Shown here piece after piece: positions 28,401 to 40,151 of a DNA stretch of 64,000 nucleotides. The translations under genes and the position numbers were made by a program. Every line of letters begins with the position of its first letter. Within the stretch, counting starts at the first letter, position 1. The notes beneath the pieces were generated by a model. It saw only the letters and a program-made list of their open reading frames with translations, had not been told where the DNA came from and did not search any database. Origin of the DNA: the human T2T-CHM13v2.0 reference genome, Homo sapiens; NCBI RefSeq assembly GCF_009914755.1, contig NC_060936.1; one strand, given 5' to 3'.

Positions 28401-29961
28401 ACATCACAAAGTAGTTTCTGAGAATGATTCTGTCTAGTTTTTATACGAAGATGTTTCCTTTTCTACATTTGGTCTCAAAGCGATTGAAATCTCCAACTGG
28501 AAACTGCACAAATAGGGTGTTTCAAATCTGCTCTGTCTAAAGGAAGGTTCAACTCTGTGAGTTGAATACACACACCACAAATAAGTTACTGAGAATTCTT
28601 CTGTCGAACATTACAGGAAGAAATCCCGTTTCCAACGAAGGCCTCAAAGAGGTCCAAATATCCACTTGCAGACATTACAAACAGAGTGTTTCCAAACTGC
28701 TCCATCAAAAGAAAGGTTAAACTCTGTGAGCTGAACACACACATCAAAAAGAAGTTTCTGTGAATGATTCTGTCTAGATTTTTTAAGAAGATGTTTCCTT
28801 TTCTACCGTAGGCCTCAAAGCGCTTGAAATCTCCAGCTGCAAATTCCACAAAAAGGGTGTTAACATCTGCTCTTCTAAAGGAAAGTTCTACTCTATGCGT
28901 TGAATAAACACAGCAGAAAGAAGTTACTGAGACTTCTCCTATCAAACATTATATGAAGAAATCCCGTTTCCAACGAAGGCCTCAAAGAGGTCCAAATATC
29001 TGCTTGCAGACTTTACAGACAGAGTTTTTCCAAACAGCTCCATCAAAAGAAAGGTTAAACTCCTTGAGTTGAACACACACATCACAAAGTAGTTTCTGTG
29101 AATGATTCTGTCTAGTTTTTATACGAAGATGTTTCCTTTTCTACCTTTGGTCTCAAAGCGATTGAAATCTCCACATGGAAACTCCACAAAAAGAGTGTTT
29201 CAAATCTGCTCTTTCTGAAGGAAGGTTCAACTCTGTGAGTTGAATACACACACCACAAATAAGTTACTGAGAATTCTTCTGTGGAAGATTATATGAGGAA
29301 ATCCCGTTTCCAACGAAGGCCTCAAAGAGGTCCAAATATCCACTTGCAGACTTTACAAAGACAGTGTCTCCAAACTCCTCCATCAAAAGAAAGGTTATAC
29401 TCTGTGAATTGAACGCACACATCACAAAGTAGTTTCTGAGAACGATTCTGTCTAGTTTTCATACGAAGATATTTCCTTTTCTACATTTGGCCTAAAAGCG
29501 CTTGAAATCTCCACCTGCAAATATCACAAAAAGAGGGTTTCACATCTGCTCTGTCTAAAGGACAGTTCACCTCTGTGAGTTGAATAGAGGCAACACAAAG
29601 AACTTACTCAGTATTCTTCTTTCTAGCGTTCTATGAAGAAATCCCGTTTCCAACGAAGGCCTCAAAGAGGTCCAAATATCTGCTTGCACACTTTACAGAC
29701 AGAGTGTTTCCAAACTACTCTATGAAAAGAAAGCTTAAACTCCTTGAGTTGAACGCACACATCACAAAGTAGTTTCTGAGAATGATTCTGTCTAGTTTTT
29801 ATACGAAGATGTTTCCTTTTCTACATTTGGTCTCAAAGCGATTGAAATCTCCAACTGGAAACTGCACAAATAGGGTGTTTCAAATCTGCTCTGTCTAAAG
29901 GAAGGTTCAACTCTGTGAGTTGAATACACACACCACAAATAAGTTACTGAGAATTCTTCTG
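22490..29961 (-). repeat. Super-HOR copy 4 (7472 bp; 1-bp deletion near 28860)
   Basis: HOR starts are at 22490, 23849, 25206, 26565 and 28604. 'gggtgttaacatc' at ~28855 lacks one T. Confidence 0.92.
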
Positions 29962-31320
29962 TCGAACATTACTTGAAGAAATACCGTTTCCAAAGAAGGC
30001 CTCAAAGAGGTCAAAATATCCACTTGCAGACATTACAAACAGAGTGTTTCAAAACTGCTCCATCAAAAGAAAGGTTAAACTCTGTGAGCTGAACACACAC
30101 ATGAAAAAGAAGTTTCTGTGAATGATTCTGTCTAGATTTTATAAGAAGATGTTTCCTTTTCTACCGTAGGCCTCAAAGCGCTTGAAATCTCCAGCTGCAA
30201 ATTCTACAAAAAGGGTATTTAACATCTGCTCTTCTAAAGGAAAGTTCAACTCTATGCGTTGAATAAACACAGCAGAAAGAAGTTACTGAGACTTCTCCTA
30301 TCAAACATTATATGAAGAAATCCCGTTTCCAACGAAGGCCCCAAAGAGGTCCAAATATCTGCTTGCAGACTTTACAGACAGAGTTTTTCCAAACAGCTCC
30401 ATCAAAAGAAAGGTTAAACTCCTTGAGTTGAACACACACATCACAAAGTAGTTTCTGTGAATGATTCTGTCTAGTTTTTATACGACGATGTTTCCTTTTC
30501 TACCTTTGGTCTCAAAGCGATTGAAATCTCCACATGGAAACTGCACAAAAAGAGTGTTTCAAATCTGCTCTTTCTGAAGGAAGGTTCAACTCTGTGAGTT
30601 GAATACACACACCACAAATAAGTTACTGAGAATTCTTCTGTGTAACATTATATGAGGAAATCCCGTTTCCAACGAAGGCCTCAAAGAGGTCCAAATATCC
30701 ACTTGCAGACTTTACAAAGACAGTGTCTCCAAACTCCTCCATCAAAAGAAAGGTTATACTCTGTGAATTGAACGCACACATCACAAAGTAGTTTCTGAGA
30801 ACGATTCTGTCTAATTTTCATACGAAGATATTTCCTTTTCTACATTTGGCCTAAAAGCGCTTGAAATCTCCACCTGCAAATATCACAAAAAGAGGGTTTC
30901 ACATCTGCTCTGTCTAAAGGACAGTTCACCTCTGTGAGTTGAATAGAGGCAACACAAAGAACTTACTCAGTATTCTTCTTTCTAGCGTTCTATGAAGAAA
31001 TCCCGTTTCCAACGAAGGCCTCAAAGAGGTCCAAATATCTGCTTGCACACTTTACAGACAGAGTGTTTCCAAACTACTCTATGAAAAGAAAGCTTAAACT
31101 CCTTGAGTTGAACGCACACATCACAAAGTAGTTTCTGAGAATGATTCTGTCTAGTTTTTATACGAAGATGTTTCCTTTTCTACATTTGGTCTCAAAGCGA
31201 TTGAAATCTCCAACTGGAAACTGCACAAATAGGGTGTTTCAAATCTGCTCTGTCTAAAGGAAGGTTCAACTCTGTGAGTTGAATACACACACCACAAATA
31301 AGTTACTGAGAATTCTTCTG
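29962..31320 (-). repeat. Extra 8-mer HOR (unit X) between super-HOR copies 4 and 5
   Basis: It starts like H1 (taccg box) but ends like H5 (aacgattc, tttcatacg, gcacac). It is followed by a true H1 at 31321. Confidence 0.88.
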
Positions 31321-34300
31321 TCGAACATTACTTGAAGAAATACCGTTTCCAAAGAAGGCCTCAAAGAGGTCAAAATATCCACTTGCAGACATTACAAACA
31401 GAGTGTTTCAAAACTGCTCCATGAAAAGAAAGGTTAAACTCTGTGAGCTGAACACACACATGAAAAAGAAGTTTCTGTGAATGATTCTGTCTAGATTTTA
31501 TAAGAAGATGTTTCCTTTTCTACCGTAGGCCTCAAAGCGCTTGAAATCTCCAGCTGCAAATTCTACAAAAAGGGTGTTTAACATCTGCTCTTCTAAAGGA
31601 AAGTTCAACTCTATGCGTTGAATAAACACAGCAGAAAGAAGTTACTGAGACTTCTCCTATCAAACATTATATGAAGAAATCCCGTTTCCAACGAAGGCCC
31701 CAAAGAGGTCCAAATATCTGCTTGCAGACTTTACAGACAGAGTTTTTCCAAACAGCTCCATCAAAAGAAAGGTTAAACTCCTTGAGTTGAACACACACAT
31801 CACAAAGTAGTTTCTGTGAATGATTCTGTCTACTTTTTATACGAAGATGTTTCCTTTTCTACCTTTGGTCTCAAAGCGATTGAAATCTCCACATGGAAAC
31901 TCCACAAAAAGAGTGTTTCAAAGCTGCTCTTTCTGAAGGAAGGTTCAACTCTGTGAGTTGAATACACACACCACAAATAAGTTACTGAGAATTCTTCTGT
32001 GTAACATTATATGAGGAAATCCCGTTTCCAACGAAGGCCTCAAAGAGGTCCAAATATCCACTTGCAGACTTTACAAAGACAGTGTCTCCAAACTCCTCCA
32101 TCAAAAGAAAGGTTATACTCTGTGAATTGAACGCACACATCACAAAGTAGTTTCTGAGAATGATTCTGTCTAGTTTTTATACGAAGATATTTCCTTTTCT
32201 ACATTTGGCCTAAAAGCGCTTGAAATCTCCACCTGCAAATATCACAAAAAGAGGGTTTCACATCTGCTCTGTCTAAAGGACAGTTCACCTCTGTGAGTTG
32301 AATAGAGGCAACACAAAGAACTTACTCAGTATTCTTCTTTCTAGCGCTCTATGAAGAAATCCCGTTTCCAACGAAGGCCTCAAAGAGGTCCAAATATCTG
32401 CTTGCAGACTTCAGAGACAGAGTGTTTCCAAAGTACTCTATGAAAAGAAAGCTTAAACTCCTTGAGTTGAACGCACACATCACAAAGTAGTTTCTGAGAA
32501 TGATTCTGTCTAGTTTTTATACGAAGATGTTTCCTTTTCTACATTTGGTCTCAAAGCGATTGAAATCTCCAACTGGAAACTGCACAAATAGGGTGTTTCA
32601 AATCTGCTCTTTCTAAAGGAAGGTTCAACTCTGTGAGTTGAATACACACACCACAAATAAGTTACTGAGAATTCTTCTGTCGAACATTACATGAAGAAAT
32701 CCCGTTTCCAACGAAGGCCTCAAAGAGGTCCAAATATCCACTTGCAGACATTACAAACAGTGTGTTTCCAAACTGCTCCATCAAAAGAAAGGTTAAACTC
32801 TGTGAGCTGAACACACATCAAAAAGAAGTTTCTGTGAATGATTCTGTCTAGATTTTATAAGAAGATGTTTCCTTTTCTACAGTACGCCACAAAGCGCTTG
32901 AAATCTCCAGCTGCAAATTCCACAAAAAGGGTGTTTAACATCTGCTCTTCTAAAGGAAAGTTCAACTCTATGAGTTAAATAAACACAGCAGAAAGAAGTT
33001 ACTGAGACTTCTCCTATCAAACATTATATGAAGAAATCCCGTTTCCAACGAAGGCCTCAAAGAGGTCCAAATATCTGCTTGCAGACTTTACAGACAGAGT
33101 TTTTCCAAACTGCTCCATCAAAAGAAAGGTTAAACTCCTTGAGTTGAACACACACATCACAAAGTAGTTTCTGTGAATGATTCTGTCTAGTTTTTATACG
33201 AAGATGTTTCCTTTTCTACCTTTGGTCTCAATGCGATTGAAATCTCCACATGGAAACTCCACAAAAAGAGTGTTTCAAATCTGCTCTTTCTGAAGGAAGG
33301 TTCAACTCTGTGAGTTGAATACACACACCACAAATAAGTTACTGAGAATTCTTCTGTGTAACATTATATGAGGAAATCCCGTTTCCAACGAAGGCCTCAA
33401 AGAGGTCCAAATATCCACTTGCAGACTTTACAAAGACAGTGTCTCCAAACTCCTCCATCAAAAGAAAGGTTATACTCTGTGAATTGAACGCACACATCAC
33501 AAAGTAGTTTCTGAGAATGATTCTGTCTAGTTTTTATACGAAGATATTTCCTTTTCTACATTTGGCCTAAAAGCGCTTGAAATCTCCAAGTGCAAATATC
33601 ACAAAAAGAGGGTTTCACATCTGCTCTGTCTAAAGGACAGTTCACCTCTGTGAGTTGAATAGAGGCAACACAAAGAACTTACTCAGTATTCTTCTTTCTA
33701 GCGTTCTATGAAGAAATCCCGTTTCCAACGAAGGCCCCAAAGAGGTCCAAATATCTGCTTGCAGACTTTACAGACAGAGTGTTTCCAAACTACTCTATGA
33801 AAAGAAAGCTTAAACTCCTTGAGTTGAACGCACACATCACAAAGTAGTTTCTGAGAATGATGCTGTCTAGTTTTTATACGAAGATGTTTCCTTTTCTACA
33901 TTTGGTCTCAAAGCGATTGAAATCTCCAACTGGAAACTGCACAAATAGGGTGTTTCAAATCTGCTCTGTCTAAAGGAAGGTTCAACTCTGTGAGTTGAAT
34001 ACACACACCACAAATAAGTTACTGAGTATTCTTCTGTCGAACATTACTTGAAGAAATCCCGTTTCCAACGAAGGCCTCAAAGAGGTCCAAATATCCACTT
34101 GCAGACATTACAAACCGAGTGTTTCCAAACTGCTCCATCAACAGAAAGGTTAAACTCTGTGAGCTGAACACACACATCAAAAAGAAGTTTCTGTGAATGA
34201 TTCTGTCTAGATTTTATAAAAAGATGTTTCCTTTTCTACCGTAGGCCACAAAGCGCTTGAAATCTCCAGCTGCAAATTCCACAAAAAGGGTGTTTAACAT

Positions 34301-37300
34301 CTGCTCTTCTAAAGGAAAGTTCAACTCTATGCGTTGAATACACACAGCACAAAGAAGTTACTGAGACTTCTCCTATCAAACATTATATGAAGAAATCCCG
34401 TTTCCAACGAAGGCCTCAAAGAGGTCCAAATATCTGCTTGCAGACTTTACAGACAGAGTTTTTCCAAACTGCTCCATCAAAAGAAAGGTTAAACTCCTTG
34501 AGTTGAACACACACATCACAAAGTAGTTTCTGTGAATGATTCTGTCTAGTTTTTATACGAAGATGTTTCCTTTTCTACCTTTGGTCTCAAAGCGATTGAA
34601 ATCTCCACATGGAAACTCCACAAAAAGAGTGTTTCAAATCTGCTCTTTCTGAAGGAAGGTTCAACTCTGTGAGTTGAATACACACACCACAAATAAGTTA
34701 CTGAGAATTCTTCTGTGTAACATTATATGAGGAAATCCCGTTTCCAACGAAGGCCTCAAAGAGGTCCAAATATCCACTTGCAGACTTTACAAAGACAGTG
34801 TCTCCAAACTCCTCCATCAAAAGAAAGGTTATACTCTCTGAATTGAACGCACACATCACAAAGTAGTTTCTGAGAACGATTCTGTCTAGTTTTCATACGA
34901 AGATATTTCCTTTTCTACATTTGGCCTAAAAGCGCTTGAAATCTCCACCTGCAAATATCACAAAAAGAGGGTTTCACATCTGCTCTGTCTAAAGGACAGT
35001 TCACCTCTGTGAGTTGAATAGAGGCAACACAAAGAACTTACTCAGTATTCTTCTTTCTAGCGTTCTATGAAGAAATCCCGTTTCCAACGAAGGCCTCAAA
35101 GAGGTCCAAATATCTGCTTGCACACTTTACAGACAGAGTGTTTCCAAACTACTCTATGAAAAGAAAGCTTAAACTCCTTGAGTTGAGCGCACACATCACA
35201 AAGTAGTTTCTGAGAATGATTCTGTCTAGTTTTTATACGAAGATGTTTCCTTTTCTACATTTGGTCTCAAAGCGATTGAAATCTCCAACTGGAAACTGCA
35301 CAAATAGGGTGTTTCAAATCTACTCTGTCTAAAGGAAGGTTCAACTCTGTGAGTTGAATACACACACCACAAATAAGTTACTGAGAATTCTTCTGTCGAA
35401 CATTACAGGAAGAAATCCCGTTTCCAACGAAGGCCTCAAAGAGGTCCAAATATCCACTTGCAGACATTACAAACCGAGTGTTTCCAAACTGCTCCATCAA
35501 AAGAAAGGTTAAACTCTGTGAGCTGAACACACACATCAAAAAGAAGTTTCTGTGAATGATTCTGTCTAGATTTTATAAGAAGATGTTTCCTTTTCTACCG
35601 TAGGCCTCAAAGCGCTTGAAATCTCCAGCTGCAAATTCCACAAAAAGGGTGTTTAACATCTGCTCTTCTAAAGGAAAGTTCAACTCTATGAGTTGAATAC
35701 ACACAGCACAAAGAAGTTACTGAGACTTCTCCTATCAAACATTATATGAAGAAATCCCGTTGCCAACGAAGGCCTCAAAGAGGTCCAAATATCTGCTTGC
35801 AGACTTTACAGACAGAGTTTTTCCAAACTGCTCCATCAAAAGAAAGGTTAAACTCCTTGAGTTAAACACACACATCACAAAGTAGTTTCTGTGAATGATT
35901 CTGTCTAGTTTTTATACGAAGATGTTTCCTTTTCTACCTTTGGTCTCAAAGCGATTGAAATCTCCACATGGAAACTCCACAAAAAGAGTGTTTCAAATCT
36001 GCTCTTTCTGAAGGAAGGTTCAACTCTGTGAGTTGAATACACACACCACAAATAAGTTACTGAGAATTCTTCTGTGTAACATTATATGAGGAAATCCCGT
36101 TTCCAACGAAGGCCTCAAAGAGGTCCAAATATCCACTTGCAGACTTTACAAAGACAGTGTCTCCAAACTCCTCCATCAAAAGAAAGGTTATACTCTGTGA
36201 ATTGAACGCACACATCACAAAGTAGTTTCTGAGAATGATTCTGTCTAGTTTTTATACGAAGATATTTCCTTTTCTACATTTGGCCTAAAAGCGCTTGAAA
36301 TCTCCACCTGCAAATATCACAAAAAGAGGGTTTCACATCTGCTCTGTCTAAAGGACAGTTCACCTCTGTGAGTTGAATAGAGGCAACACAAAGAACTTAC
36401 TCAGTATTCTTCTTTCTAGCGTTCTATGAAGAAATCCCGTTTCCAACGAAGGCCCCAAAGAGGTCCAAATATCTGCTTGCAGACTTTACAGACAGAGTAT
36501 TTCCAAACTGCTCCATCAAAAGAAAGGTTAAACTCCTGGAGTTGAACACACACATCACAAAGTAGTTTCTGTGAATGATTCTGTCTAGTTTTTATACGAA
36601 GATGTTTCCTTTTCTACCTTTGGTCTCAAAGCGATTGAAATCTCCACATGGAAACTCCACAAAAAGAGTGTTTCAAATCTGCTCTTTCTGAAGGAAGGTT
36701 CAACTCTGTGAGTTGAATACACACACCACAAATAAGTTACTGAGAATTCTTCTGTGTAACATTATATGAGGAAATCCCGTTTCCAACGAAGGCCTCAAAG
36801 AGGTCCAAATATCCACTTGCAGACTTTACAAAGACAGTGTCTCCAAACTCCTCCATCAAAAGAAAGGTTATACTCTGTGAATTGAACGCACACATCACAA
36901 AGTAGTTTCTGAGAATGATTCTGTCTAGTTTTTATACGAAGATATTTCCTTTTCTACATTTGGCCTAAAAGCGCTTGAAATCTCCACCTGCAAATATCAC
37001 AAAAAGAGGGTTTCACATCTGCTCTGTCTAAAGGACAGTTCACCTCTGTGAGTTGAATAGAGGCAACACAAAGAACTTACTCAGTATTCTTCTTTCAAGC
37101 GTTCTATGAAGAAATCCCGTTTCCAACGAAGACCCCAATGAGGTCCAAATATCTGCTTGCAGACTTTACAGACAGAGTGTTTCCAAACTACTCTATGAAA
37201 AGAAAGCTTAAACTCCTTGTGTTGAACGCACACATCACAAAGTAGTTTCTGAGAATGATTCTGTCTAGTTTTTATACGAAGATGTTTCCTTTTCTACATT

Positions 37301-38160
37301 TGGTCTCAAAGCGATTGAAATCTCCAACTGGAAACTGCACAAATAGGGTGTTTCAAATCTGCTCTGTCTAAAGGAAGGTTCAACTCTGTGAGTTGAATAC
37401 ACACACCACAAATAAGTTACTGAGAATTCTTCTGTCGAACATTACAGGAAGAAATCCCGTTTCCAACGAAGGCCTCAAAGAGGTCCAAATATCCACTTGC
37501 AGACATTACAAACAGAGTGTTTCCAAACTGCTCCATCAAAAGAAAGGTTAAACTCTGTGAGCTGAACACACACATCAAAAAGAAGTTTCTGTGAATGATT
37601 CTGTCTAGATTTTATAAGAAGATGTTTCCTTTTCTACCGTAGGCCTCAAAGCGCTTGAAATCTCCAGCTGCAAATTCCACAAAAAGGGTGTTTAACATCT
37701 GCTCTTCTAAAGGAAAGTTCTACTCTATGCGTTGAATAAACACAGCAGAAAGAAGTTACTGAGACTTCTCCTATCAAACATTATATGAAGAAATCCCGTT
37801 TCCAACGAAGGCCTCAAAGAGGTCCAAATATCTGCTTGCAGACTTTACAGACAGAGTTTTTCCAAACAGCTCCATCAAAAGAAAGGTTAAACTCCTTGAG
37901 TTGAACACACACATCACAAAGTAGTTTCTGTGAATGATTCTGTCTAGTTTTTATACGAAGATGTTTCCTTTTCTACCTTTGGTCTCAAAGCGATTGAAAT
38001 CTCCACATGGAAACTCCACAAAAAGAGTGTTTCAAATCTGCTCTTTCTGAAGGAAGGTTCAACTCTGTGAGTTGAATACACACACCACAAATAAGTTACT
38101 GAGAATTCTTCTGTGGAAGATTATATGAGGAAATCCCGTTTCCAACGAAGGCCTCAAAGA
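31321..38160 (-). repeat. Super-HOR copy 5 (truncated within H5)
   Basis: HOR starts are at 31321, 32680, 34037, 35396 and 37435. H5 markers persist to 'gtggaagatt' (~38113); the expected later H5 markers are absent after ~38165. Confidence 0.9.
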
Positions 38161-40151
38161 GGTCCAAGTGTCCACTTGCAGACTTTACAAAGACAGTGTC
38201 TCCAAACTCCTCCATCACAACAAAGGTTATACTCTGTGAATTGAACGCACACATCACAAAGTAGTTTCTGAGAATGATTCTGTCTAGTTTTTATACGAAG
38301 ATATTTCCTTTTCTACATTTGGCCTAAAAGCGCTTGAAATCTCCAAGTGCAAATATCACAAAAAGAGGGTTTCACATCTGCTCTGTCTAAAGGACAGTTC
38401 ACCTCTGTGAGTTGAATAGAGGCAACACAAAGAACTTACTCAGTATTCTTCGTTCTAGCGTTCTATGAAGAAATCCCGTTTCCAACGAAGGCCTCAAAGA
38501 GGTCCAAATATCTGCTTGCAGACTTTACAGACAGAGTGTTTCCAAACTACTCTATGAAAAGAAAGCTTAAACCCCTTGAGTTGAACGCACACATCACAAA
38601 GTAGTTTCTGAGAATGATTCTGTCTAGTTTTTATACGAAGATGTTTCCTTTTCTACATTTGGTCTCAAAGCGATTGAAATCTCCAACTGGAAACTGCACA
38701 AATAGGGTGTTTCAAATCTGCTCTGTCTAAAGGAAGGTTCAACTCTGTGAGTTGAATACACACACCACAAATAAGTTACTGAGAATTCTTCTGTCGAACA
38801 TTACTTGTAGAAATCCCGTTTCCAAAGAAGGCCTCAAAGAGGTCCAAATATCCACTTGCAGACATTACAAACAGTGTGTTTCCAAACTGCTCCATCAAAA
38901 GAAAGGTTAAACTCTGTGAGCTGAACACACACATCAAAAAGAAGTTTCTGTGAATGATTCTGTCTAGATTTTATAAGAAGATGTTTCCTTTTCTACCGTA
39001 GGCCTCAAAGCGCTTGAAATCTCCAGCTGCAAATTCCACAAAAAGGGTGTTTAACATCTGCTCTTCTAAAGGAAAGTTCAACTCAATGAGTTGAATACAC
39101 ACAGCACAAAGAAGTTACTGAGACTTCTCCTATCAAACATTATATGAAGAAATCCCGTTTCCAACGAAGGCCTCAAAGAGGTCCAAATATCTGCTTGCAA
39201 ACTTTACAGACAGAGTTTTTCCAAACTGCTCCATCAAAAGAAAGGTTAAACTCCTTGAGTTGAACACACACATCACAAAGTAGTTTCTGTGAATGATTCT
39301 GTCTAGTTTTTATACGAAGATGTTTCCTTTTCTACCTTTGGTCTCAAAGCGATTGAAATCTCCACATGGAAACTCCACAAAAAGAGTGTTTCAAATCTGC
39401 TCTTTCTGAAGGAAGGTTCAACTCTGTGAGTTGAATACACACACCACAAATAAGTTACTGAGAATTCTTCTGTGTAACATTATATGAGGAAATCCCGTTT
39501 CCAACGAAGGCCACAAAGAGGTCCAAATATCCACTTGCAGACTTTACAAAGACAGTGTCTCCAAACTCCTCCATGAAAAGAAAGGTTATACTCTGTGAAT
39601 TGAACGCACACATCACAAAGTAGTTTCTGAGAATGATTCTGTCTAGTTTTTATAAGAAGATATTTCCTTTTCTACATTTGGCCTAAAAGCGCTTGAAATC
39701 TCCACCTGCAAATATCACAAAAAGAGGGTTTCACATCTGCTCTGTCTAAAGGACAGTTCACCTCTGTGAGTTGAATAGAGGCAACACAAAGAACTTACTC
39801 AGTATTCTTCTTTCTAGCGTTCTATGAAGAAATCCCGTTTCCAACGAAGACCCCAATGAGGTCCAAATATCTGCTTGCAGACTTTACAGACAGAGTGTTT
39901 CCAAACTACTCTATGAAAAGAAAGCTTAAACTCCTTGAGTTGAACGCACACATCACAAAGTAGTTTCTGAGAATGATGCTGTCTAGTTTTTGTACGAAGA
40001 TGTTTCCTTTTCTACATTTGTCTCAAAGCGATTGAAATCTCCAACTGGAAACTGCACAAATAGGGTGTTTCAAATCTGCTCTGTCTAAAGGAAGGTTCAA
40101 CTCTGTGAGTTGAATACACACACCACAAATAAGTTACTGAGAATTCTTCTG

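Noticed and set aside
28586-28945. 119-aa minus-strand ORF
   Set aside because: It is a translation of dimer A. The frame is open here because of a private a>t change (~28783) and a 1-bp deletion (~28860) in this one copy. There is no recognisable protein or gene context.
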